From NCBI GenBank assembly GCA_973895155.1, contig OZ316894.1:22229867-22293866 (forward strand): a stretch of 64,000 bases of DNA, written 5' to 3'. Numbering within the stretch: the first letter of the stretch is position 1; the number at the start of each line of letters is the position of its first letter. Shown here piece after piece: positions 17,301 to 27,671 of this stretch. The stretch is from Marsupella aquatica (lineage: Eukaryota; Plantae; Marchantiophyta). Position numbers and translations under genes: made by a program. The notes beneath the pieces were generated by a model. That model was not told where the DNA came from. It was given only the letters and a program-made list of their open reading frames with translations, and did not search any database.

Positions 17301-18110
17301 GTGTCTAGAGTGAAGACTCTAGACTGTGACTCTAAGAGGATGACCCAAAAGTGCATAAAGAAAATATGTAGGGGGGGCAAAAATGAATGGAAAAAAACAA
17401 GGTATTCTTTTTGCTAGGCTTGTTTTGGTCTTATCTCTATTTAAGTTCTAGGTTCCGTGGAAAGGTAATCAGCCTATTAGGGCGTCTCAAAGTAGGGGAC
17501 GGCCAAAAAGTTACGGGAACTGTCTGGGTCCCGTAAATCAAGTTACGAGACAAAATAAAGGCCACAACTTGCGACGGGGTTTCAGCTTTGACCCGAACCG
17601 TTAGGCATGACTTACGGGTTACAGCCCGCTTAAAGTTGAGCGCCCATTCTTTCCCTTGCCCATCACAGATCGTCAGGGGCCTCGTGGAGATGCCACGTCA
17701 ACTACATGTTTAGAGCGTATGCCTTGAATCCATCTGATGCTCACTACTCCTCATCCAGAACAGTAAGGAGTTCAAATCAAAATTTGAAAGGATTCAAACT
17801 CCTGCGTCGTTTATAATTCATGAAACCTGAAATTTAGCACTTCTCAGTTGAAGAAATTTATGTCTTCATTGTTGCGCATCCAAGATAAGCGGAGCACACA
17901 TTCAATTCGGAATTCATATTGACAATGAGGACTTCAGACAGCCATGTTGCTCCAACATATAAGAGCGTAAACGACGACTGTGTTCTCCCACAATCTCACA
18001 ACTCTTCGAAGGCATTGGCAATCTCACTTGAAATTTTTTATGATTATCAGTCTGAGTTTCCAAGTGCTGAAGTGAATTTGCCAAGGCCCGATCAATTGCA
18101 GCAAGCTAAC

Positions 18111-19779
18111 ATGGCTAATTCAGGAAGTGTAGGATTTGTTAGGGGCAGAGGAAGTTTCAATCCTCCACGACCTGTACCAAGCGGAGGGAAGGAGACAACT
18201 GACAAGTTCCGTTTGAAAGATCAAGACTATGAGTTGATTGTTAGCTATTTGGAAGTGCCAGAAATTTTGAACGCCATTCATGGTGCAGGGAAGAAGACGA
18301 GGGTGGGTGGCAAGTACCAGAGCAAAGCTACTGTCTTCCGCCAGATGTTGGCTATTTGGAAGTGCCAGAAATTTTGAACGCCATTCATGGTGCAGGGAAG
18401 AAGACGAGGGTGGGTGGCAAGTACCAGAGCAAAGCTACTGTCTTCCGCCAGATGTTGGCTATTTGGAAGTGCCAGAAATTTTGAACGCCATTCATGGTGC
18501 AGGGAAGAAGACGAGGGTGGGTGGCAAGTACCAGAGCAAAGCTACTGTCTTCCGCCAGATGTTGGCTGCACTGCAGCACCATGGATTTCCCAAAGAAATC
18601 AGCGCCCCAAATTTGACTAAACGATTTCAGCGTTTTGTCAAGCGTTACAAAGATGCTAGGGATGTTAAGTACCGGTCTGGTGGAGGTCTCACCGATGACG
18701 ATTTGAGAATCGGTTTGACATTGGAGGACAAGCTGAATCGGCTATGCCCATACTTTGAACGAATGCATACGATCTACGGAGAGAGACCCAATGTTGCCCC
18801 AGAAGTCCTTGGAGATGTTGGAGTCGAAGATAGTGACCTTGTCATGCTTGAAGAGTCGGGAGACACCGAGCAATACTTGCAGTTTGGTGAGGAAAACCAC
18901 TATCCGAATGTCATCCCACAACATTCCCCAACTATTGTCCTCGAAGGTATTTAACTCGATCTTTAGCTTGAACCTGTCATGTTGGGTGCAAGGCTATGAT
19001 GTCATAAGCTTTGTTTGAAACGAGTAGAGACGAATAGTAACCAGATTATTCTCTGATTTTGTTCATGCAGATACACCAGCACACTCCGAAGCTGAATCTC
19101 TCCACACGACTCCCCTGGAGGCACCCACGCCCGACACCCTGAACAAGCCACCGTCCACAGACAACTTTTGGCAACAAATGGAGAACATTGCTGTGCATAA
19201 CATCCACATCCTTTCTGATTCGTGTCAGTGTCACCAGTGCAAGACCTACGTGAGGCCTGAGACTGGAGATAGTCGACACCTCCCCACAGGTAGTGCAACT
19301 GGAGCCTACACCCCTTGCAGCCTCGCAAGGACAATGTGCAACCCACCCCACCGAGACCACCACCACCTAGGGCGTCAAAATCAGGATCGCAAGCAGCAAA
19401 AGATGGGCAGGAAAATAGGAAGCCATCTTTCTCAGCTATTTATGCTGACAGGATAAATCAGAAAGCTGATTATCGAAAGGAGCTAATTCAGTCAAGGGAC
19501 AAGTGGAAAATGCACGACCTTGAAGAACGTCGTGCTGCTAGACTGGAGGCTCGTCAGAAAGCTCTGGTGAAGCACCGCCTGGACTGAAAGCATCAACTTG
19601 CTTTAGAGGAACTTGCTCATCAGAATTCGCTCAAGAAAGTGAAAGCTGAGCAAGAGCATGCAAAGGAGATGCTAAGAGCTGCTCAGCGATAGGCTTTGCT
19701 CACTACTCTTATTGGCAGCTCCAAGACCCCAGAGGAGCTCAAGACATTGCTGCCCATTGTTGACGCAGAGTACAAGTAG
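18111..19779 (+). pseudogene. Harbinger accessory Myb/SANT-like DNA-binding ORF, disrupted
   Basis: Two exons (~18111-18946 and 19071-19779). Contains KRYKDARDVKYRSGGGLTDDD...LEDKLNRLCPYFERMHTIYGERPNV, typical of Harbinger accessory proteins, and a coiled-coil C-terminus. Broken by a 107-bp triplication and in-frame stops at ~19585 and ~19690. Confidence 0.8.
18244..18564 (+). repeat. Perfect 107-bp tandem triplication
   Basis: Units start at 18244, 18351 and 18458 with GCTATTTGGAAGTGCCAGAAATTTTG and end ...CCAGATGTTG. Confidence 0.97.
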
Positions 19780-20442
19780 TAGATTTCAGATAGCAAAGAT
19801 TTGTTCTGAGATTGTTACCTATCTGGTTCCTATCAATATGTAACATTGGCCATTACTAAAATACAAGTAAATTATGTCGAACTCAGAGTCATCAAACTTC
19901 CACATTTAATCTTACTTATTGTATGCTGCAAGAACTCTTTCACACATTTCAGTGTATAGAATTACATGGCGTTTATGAACTTTCCTTAAGTCCACAAGTT
20001 GATGAACACATCTGAAGTCCACCGAAATAAATTTAGATCCAAAATCCGGGCCAAAATCACTACAGACTCAAATGGCGCCTTTGCACTTCTACTTGCAACA
20101 ATGCAGTTGAACACTCTATGCCTAAAGCCGTATGACGTACTGCAAATCCTCAAATTCAGTTTATTGCTCTTCGGCTCCGAGTTCACGTTGGTGCTAGAAC
20201 AAAGTCGAACCCTACCATGTTGTACTGAGGGTTGTAGCAATCGACAATTACCAAACCACAACAAAGTCTTTGGAAACCAACACTCAAAAAATGTGAGTGC
20301 TTCAAATTAATGATTAATGTTTATGGGTCTCCCCAATTACAAATAGAACAGTCATCAAAGATGACGTTTTGACTATTAATTGTCATTGGCTATGCACTAA
20401 ACTAACCATATGAAGCGTGACTACTTCCATGCTATGGTGGAC

Positions 20443-21945
20443 TTAGCTTGTACGCACATTCAAACAACCACCCGGTTGCTTATGAAATCTCATGGCATAT
20501 TCCATGACATGGTTTTGCAACATCAACCGAGATGCTTGATGATTCCTTCTTGGATTTGTTGGCAAGTTACGGTGCTCCTCCTGTTCCGCATCACTGTCTG
20601 ACTCATGGTCCAGAAGGATTTCTGAATCCTCTTCAATCCACAAGTCATTACGTCCAATGACGTAATTGTGCAGTCTTGCACACATGATAATCCATCTAAT
20701 TAGCCACTCAATCTCCTTCTTAGACCTCAATTGGGTACGCATCTCTCTCAGGGAATGCCACCTTGACTTCAAAACACCAATGCAATGCTCATTAGTTACC
20801 CTACACTTTGCGACACACATGTTGAAGTCCTCCCGCTCCTGGCTTGTGTCAGCCCTCTTGTATGCAGACACCATGTGATCCATGGGCTCATATCCACTGT
20901 CACCCAACAAATACTGCCCACGACTAAACAAATGGCCGTCATTTTAGTTTCGGCATAGTGATGATCTCTTGTAACAGGTGAGATCAGAGACAGACCCTGG
21001 CAATCCTGGAAAACACCAAACCAAAAGTCTGTGAATATAATAATTGGAATACGTAGGATCAAAGATATAAATAGATATAACAGTGCCATTCAAGAAAAAT
21101 GGATTTATGGAGTCAGTTCATACCAGTGAATAAGTACAGGATTTTTCGCTTGTAGTCACACACGACCTGGGCATTGATTGAATATCTACACTTTCTATCA
21201 AAATAACACTCCCCAGATTGTGCTGGGCGCTTAGAGAGAGGAATCAAAGTGCCATCAATAAGCCCTACACATCCTGGAAAACCTTTCTTGGAAAACTCAT
21301 GAGCAATTACTCTGCACTCAGCCATTTCTGGCCATTTCAAGTAACCCTTCGATGCATCCTCCAGGGCTCGAAAGCAACGATTAGTGAAATTGCATAGTGA
21401 GCCATTACTTACGCCCCAGGTTGGAATTAAACGATTTAGGCAGGATCCATTGCCTTCGTGGCCCAAACGATCCAAGGTAACAGCAAGTTGCCACTCTACA
21501 GGAGCCTGTTCGTTCTGTGAGTTGCTATAGAAAACAGGGTGTTGGTCAATTTGGTGAACCAATGCAAAGAAAGAAGCTTTGTCCATTCGAGTCATCTGCC
21601 GAAAAATCAGAGGAGGGAGCTTGTCAAAATACTGTAAAGCAAACTCTCTTGATTTACTTGTTATTGTCTTGTCAGCAAAAAACCGGTGCTCTCCATCATG
21701 GCATATAACTCCATCAGCCCATGTGGAGCACCCTCCAATTCAAGTATGTCAGTCTCATCTTCTGAATCGTCTGATGAGTACAAATCATCCTCCGAATCAG
21801 AATTACACAGTGTTAGGTCGTCCAACGACTCCACTTCGCTACCTGATGTGTCAAGGCCATCATCCAAACTTTCTAGAAGGATGTTCAACACCAGCTTATC
21901 CCGCACAACCTGCAATTCTTTTTGACGGTATGATAGTCGAGGCAT
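20443..21945 (-). pseudogene. Harbinger DDE transposase (DDE_Tnp_4/HARBI1-like), disrupted
   Basis: FRQMTRMDKASFFALV; GFPGCVGLIDGTLIP; YSINAQVVCD; (intron) GLPGSVSD; YLLGDSGY; RVTNEHCIGVLKSRWHSL; CARLHNY. Frameshift near 21680 and an in-frame TAA near 20945. Confidence 0.9.
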
Positions 21946-22262
21946 GTCGTCCCTGCACTGAGTTCTTGGAATGACAGGTTCTATGATGAACACTAGAGAA
22001 AGGTCAAATGATGTTAGAGGAATTCATAACAATGCTACAAAATTGAACTTCCCATGATAATTGAAATTCAAAAGCCTTTTGAAGCAAATACGTTCACATG
22101 GGAGGAAGTCGTCACAAACTTTATACAACTTTGTTGTTGCCAATTAAAAAAAACCTGGCAACAACTATTTATTACATAAGACATCACTGACGAGATTGCC
22201 TGTGGTATGGACACTTGGTTTAGCCACGCACAAGTATAAAAAATGAACACATACGAGTTTGC

Positions 22263-22994
22263 CTACTCATCCAGATCAGAGTACTTTAAAGCCCTAACCA
22301 GGTCCGCTATAGCTTCCTTCACAGGTTTTCCAACTTTTTTCTTGGACTGGTTTGATGTGCTGCCATGGCTTTTTCCTGGTGAATGGGGAGTCAGCCGTTC
22401 ACTGTGCTTCAAACTACACTGTGGAGACCTGAAGCATGTTTCAAGGGCAGGGGGAATATGCACTGAAAGACGTTCATCAAAGAATGTAAAATGCTGAACT
22501 TTGATTTGAAATTCTGAAACAGAAAGCCAAATCTTCACTCTTGGTGAATCCTGGGTAATGGAATGCAAGTACTCGGTTTGAGCTTGCTCATTGCATGCAA
22601 AGAAATCATTTGCAGTGCAGTCTAGGAGAATCTCTCCAGCAGCCCAGAGTTGGGCAGTGATGGGTCGTGCCTCCCCATGGATTGCATCAACAAGTCGAAT
22701 GCCAAATCTAAAGGCATACGTCCCTGGGAGGTTGTGATCACACTTAGGTCCAAATTCAAGAGATTTGGCACACAAGCGTCCAGTTTCGAATCTATGAGGG
22801 CATGCAGAGTACAGAAATCTTCGAGGATATGGATTAGGAGCTACATAGTTCACAATCCAAGCTAGAGGAGCGAATACAACACTTGCTCCAACAACCCTTC
22901 TTTCCTCCACAATGCCAAGTGAGGTCCATGAAACCATTTTCAACTTCTGCAATCCATTGCCAGAGTACTCAGTTGAGGGAGTCGCAACAATCAC
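22263..22994 (-). CDS. RPA1 C-terminal-like OB-fold/Zn-finger protein carried inside the Harbinger element
   Basis: YSACP-x8-CAK-x7-CDH...YAFRFGIRLVD...TAQLWAAGEILLDCTANDF parallels the RPA1 DBD-C pattern (YxACP..C.KK..C..C..YRY.L...I.D....T.F...E.I.G..A). Open frame; a possible upstream exon lies at ~23330-23053. Confidence 0.7.
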   Translation of the reverse strand: MIVATPSTEYSGNGLQKLKMVSWTSLGIVEERRVVGASVVFAPLAWIVNYVAPNPYPRRFLYSACPHRFETGRLCAKSLEFGPKCDHNLPGTYAFRFGIRLVDAIHGEARPITAQLWAAGEILLDCTANDFFACNEQAQTEYLHSITQDSPRVKIWLSVSEFQIKVQHFTFFDERLSVHIPPALETCFRSPQCSLKHSERLTPHSPGKSHGSTSNQSKKKVGKPVKEAIADLVRALKYSDLDE

Positions 22995-24647
22995 ATATTC
23001 ATTGCACGGTACAACAATTGCAGATGAGAGACCTTCAGATGTGTCACTTCACCTTGGAAATCTTGAGAGCTGGCTTGTCAGCCGCCGTCGGTGGAGCTCG
23101 ACCTTGGCTACGCTCAATCTTGGCTACGGTCGATAAATCAAAATCTTGGAGTCGCCCGATGTTGGCTATGCTCGATCGAAATTCTTGGCTATGCTCGATC
23201 AAAAATCATGAGATCGCCCTCTTGGTCATCAAGAAACCGCTGCACAATGCTCTGGCGAAATGTTACAGCAACTTTCATGACATCGCCCTCTCGGACATCG
23301 ACAGTCACTCACAATGCAGTTGGGAAGAACGCAGATACACCTGAGAAGTAAGAGTGCGCATTGGCACCACACTCAAAAGTCACGTACGTACGTCCAAAAT
23401 GGTGCACAGTGTTCGCGCCAGTGAGGGCATGCCCGTTACCTACAGCACACGGGGTATGGGCAGTGGTCACGACGTCAAATTACGGGAGCCTGTTTTGGGC
23501 TCCCGTAAGGGTTACGGGAATGTCGGTAATTTTTTAGTTACGGATGTGTGTTAACGGGCCAAACTTCAGCTCTGAGACGCCCTATTACAACGAAAGATTG
23601 ACAACGAGGGTTTACAATAAATAATCTGAGTTCATACCCCATAAACCCCTTCGGACGTGGGTTAGCCCAGTAGTAATGGAACGTGGGTAGAGTGCAGTTC
23701 GGATTGCGCACCACGTAGTACAGCTGAGTCCAGTTCCTCGCAACACCAGACACGACAGAGACGCTTTCAGCTGTGCGCAGTACAGCCCAGTCCAGTTTAC
23801 TGTTCAATTCATCGGCCGGCCTGGACAACGTGAAGTTTCGAATTGCGCACTACACAAAACAGGCTCCCGTAGTTTTTTGTGTTCACCAGACACGACATGA
23901 CCGCATTCAGCTCTGCGCAGTACCGCCCTGTCCAGTTTGCGGCTCACATTCATCGGCCGGCCTGCTCTGTTTCTCTCTTCTCAAAGGAAAGCGAATTCTC
24001 GTTCGTTCGTTCGTTCGTTCGATCATCTCATTCGACTCTTCGACGTTCTTGAGTCGGCTTCGATTTCGCGATTTCCGAGATCAGCACGAGGAGAGGATTT
24101 TGGCAGTCGGTCGATCAGCCTTGAAAGCCCTTTTTTCTTTGGAAGGAAGGCAGTCAGCTTTCACTACGGTGCCCTAGAGGAGAACCGTGCTCCTGCTCAG
24201 TCTGCACGCGCCCCTTTCAAAATCGAGGAAGAAAATTCTGTGGGAGGAGTGGATTGGGTTGTTAGTAGAGTTCGAGAAGCGCGAAGGTATAACTGGGATG
24301 ATTACTGATGATGCACATATTTCGCGAGTCGGCTTAGAACCTTCATCGGATTCTTCGGCTCTTGCAGATTGTGGTGTCGTAGATTGTGCTTGCGTCTGTT
24401 AGGGCTTGCTCGGTTAATGGGTCGGTCTCTTGCGTTTGCGCTGCATTCCTCCTTCTTCGGAGATTGAGATCGCCACGACTTGTGTGTAAAGCGGAGGTCC
24501 TGGAGGGTGTGCATTGCATTGCCAGAATTTGCTCTCTTTGTCGTGCAGAGGCGAGGCGAGGCGAGGAAGAGTGGAGGAAAGAGGGTGGCTGAGCGTATTG
24601 TCTTTTCTTCTTCCTGAACCAGGTTTTATCAGTCGACCAGGCTGGCC

Positions 24648-27600
24648 ATGTCGCGTGTCTACGTGGGGAACTTGGATCCCCGGGCGACAGAACGGGAGTT
24701 GGAGGATGAATTTCGTGTTTACGGAGTACTTCGGAGGTTCACTTCTTCTCCTCCTTCTTCTGGTCTTGTTTCTCCTGCTGCGTTCGTTCATGGTTGTGAC
24801 TGAGTAGACTCCTTCCTCAAGCCTCTGAGTGACGTTTCATCTCATACTTAAGAATTTCAAATGTTGTTCCGGACTTCTGATCCGTGCTTATCTCGGTGAG
24901 CGATTTTATCCCCGTCTTTGGATCCTATCCTGCGAGCAATTCTAGAAGCTGTATCCGGAAGTTTGTCGTGTCTGGTTTGATCACCCCCCACCGATTAAAT
25001 TGCCGGCGCTTACAACTCTGTCCCACTGAGGTTTTGTTTTGCAGCGTTTTTCAATAACTGGAATAGGTCAGTCTTTATCTTTGTAGATGGAGGTCTGCCT
25101 TAGATGTGAATGAGTTGGCTCTAGCCTATTTTCATGCAAGTAGTGGACTGAAAACCAGATTAATTGGTCTTGCGTTAGAAAGGTAGACTGCATTGTGAAT
25201 GCTTGGCGTCGGCAAAAGATTTAGCCGTGGTTGGGATTTGTGAACGACGTTGGTACTCTCCCTCGGACTGGCGTCTTGTAATATCCTTTCGACCCCTATT
25301 TTGTGGTTAGGGCTTGCATACGTGGTTTCTTTCAGAGATTCTCATGCCCTCGCAATTCCTACCGCTGAGAGGATGGGATGGGCTGTAGTGTCAGAAACCA
25401 CTCATGGGATGTACTGTTTGCCCTGCGGGACTTATATGAGCCTTTCAATTTCAATGACACAGTGTATGGGTGGCTCGCAAGCCTCCCGGCTTTGCATTTA
25501 TCGAGTTCGAGGATCGAAGGGATGCTGATGATGCCATCCGTGCTTTGAATGGTACGTTACGTGTTGCGTTTCTTGTCTCCTTGCCTCAGAGTGTGATGTA
25601 GTGTATGTGATGCTGCTGAATACAGTGTTTGGGTAGCACGCAAGCCGCCGGGCTTTGCCTTTGTCGAGTTCGACGATCTCCGGGATGCTAAGGATGCTAT
25701 TCGTGCCATGGATGGTAAGCATGCTTCTGGTTGATGGGTGTCTTCATGATCTCCCTCTGGAGTATCCATATTTTCGCAACCACATTTCAGAGCTCCTCCA
25801 TCCATGCTTACTGAAATGGTACAGCCAGTTGCAACTGGGGATTCCCTACCATCTTTTCCGCACGTTTGCTCTGGGAGTGTAGCCTGCTATGTTTTGTAAG
25901 TGATGGGGCTCGGAATTGTTGTCAAATTATTTGAGCTAGTAAGGGCTACTGGTGTTCTTTTGACTGCCCACGTCGCACCCATTCGTGGTTTTAGGTTTGT
26001 CCTGAATTAGGGGTCTCACACTGTGTACATTTGCCTATGGATGGCAATATTCCGTCCTCAACTTAATCTAGCAGGTAAGAATGGATGGAGAGTGGAGCTT
26101 TCTCGCAGCTCTGGTGGCGGTGGTGGACCTCGAGGGCGAGGTGGTGATGACATGAAGTGCTATGAATGTGGCGAGCCTGGCCACTTTGCACGAGAATGCC
26201 GATTGCGGATTGGTGCCGGCGGACTTGGAACTGGTGGCCGGGGCCGCAGTAGAAGTCCTCGGTATCGACGTAGCCCTAGCTATGGACGTGTGTAAGTTGT
26301 AGACCTACCGGATCCTTTCGGTATTAGTCGAAAGCAGCAAACCTTTTTCTGCTGTACTGTCCGTTTACTGCCTTTCGTCATTCCCAAGGTTTCTGCGTGA
26401 TGCTCTCTAATCGTTATTTAAGATACTGTTTAGTATCTGTGATTTTATTACGTTGGTGTTTGTCGCAATGTAAGTACGGAAGTATCTGTAATGTTTTCAC
26501 TAACTGGTTGTTTTCTCGCGTGGTCTTTGTGATTGTATGTGTTGTCATGGTTATTGGCTGGATTTTTTGGGTGCGCACTGTGTTGTGTGGTGGTGGTTCG
26601 GGCGGCATGGTTGACCTATGGATTGCTTCATCAATAATTCGATTAATGGTAATGAAATGAACTCCAATCTACGAGGACACCTGAATATCTAGTCGTGTGA
26701 CAGGCTCTCTTGTTAGCAGGAGAACAAGCGTTGCTTCTGCTCACTTGTTTGCAAGATCTGTTCTATAAGTCATCCACAATCCTTCTAGAATGGTATTGTG
26801 GAGCATTTGTTGAAACGATGGCAGATCCTGAGCTTGCTGTCAGTAATGAAAGAGTTTTCCTTCACTGATTGTCCTTCCAATGTTTAGGAAGATACCAGAG
26901 ATCTGGATAAGGAGTTTCCCCACTGCCAGAATATTATCTGCATTACAGGACTTCTATCACCGGAAGCGTGTGGCATTGTCCTGTCCAAATAAATCCCTTC
27001 AATTTATGCCGTTTCCCTTTTGTCATCAGGATGAATATGCGAAGATTAGTGTCCAATTCGCAAACTTTGGAGCTGGGTGCATACTATTCCCTGACTCTTG
27101 TCTTCGTATTGTTGTATATTTAGCTTTAGTCGCAGTCCTGCTGCCGTACGTAGAAGCCGTTCGCCAGCTGGTCGACGCAGAAGTCCATCCCCTGCGGTTG
27201 CACGTCGTGGTCGGAGTCCTAGCAATGCCTCGCCACCTCCTCGCCGGGATCGTCGAGTATCTCCAGTTGTAAATGGGTATGTAAAGCTCTCACTTATCTC
27301 GCCAACTTCTAAAGTTTCTTTTTAGCATTCTGAAGCTTCTCTATGGGATACTGTGGGACTCTAGAGGTGGGAGATTTTATTGTCTGTGGGTCGTGTCAGC
27401 TGTTTGCGAATTTATTACCTGCGCGAATGGTTTGTCCTTGAGCCATGTCTGTTCAGCTAGTTTTGTTTGCCGATTAGATTGATTGCATTGCAGGACTTGG
27501 TGTGATGGTCTATTTAGTTCCACATTTCGGTGCAAGTCGATGTCTTATCCCCTGTTTTAATTCTTTTTGAGTTCGTTGTGCTTAGTGTAGCCGGTTCCTC

Positions 27601-27671
27601 ATGTGTTCTTGTGTACTGGCAGGAGTCCATTGACAAGGGATCGTCGCCGTAGTCGCAGTCGGAGTCCTTAG
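24648..27671 (+). CDS. RSZ22: RSZ-subfamily SR splicing factor (RRM + CCHC knuckle + RS domain; RSZ21/22, SRSF7-like)
   Basis: [22 protein letters not shown]; [12 protein letters not shown]; [10 protein letters not shown]; [16 protein letters not shown]; RS-rich tail. Exons 24648-24736, [25463-25551 or 25626-25714], 26075-26291, 27124-27276 and 27623-27671, with consistent phases. Confidence 0.93.

Larger units (their letters stand above)
17479..23583. mobile_element. PIF/Harbinger DNA transposon, full length (~6.1 kb), defective
   Basis: TIRs AGGGCGTCTCAAAG (17479) and CTCTGAGACGCCCT (ending 23583), flanked by ATT/ATT (alternatively TATTA/TATTA). Subterminal TTACGGG/CCCGTAA motifs at both ends. 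Convergent Myb/SANT-like ORF and DDE transposase. Confidence 0.92.

Noticed and set aside
19986-20310. Fourth ORF inside the Harbinger element
   Set aside because: Short overlapping ORFs on both strands between convergent 3' ends, with no recognisable motif.
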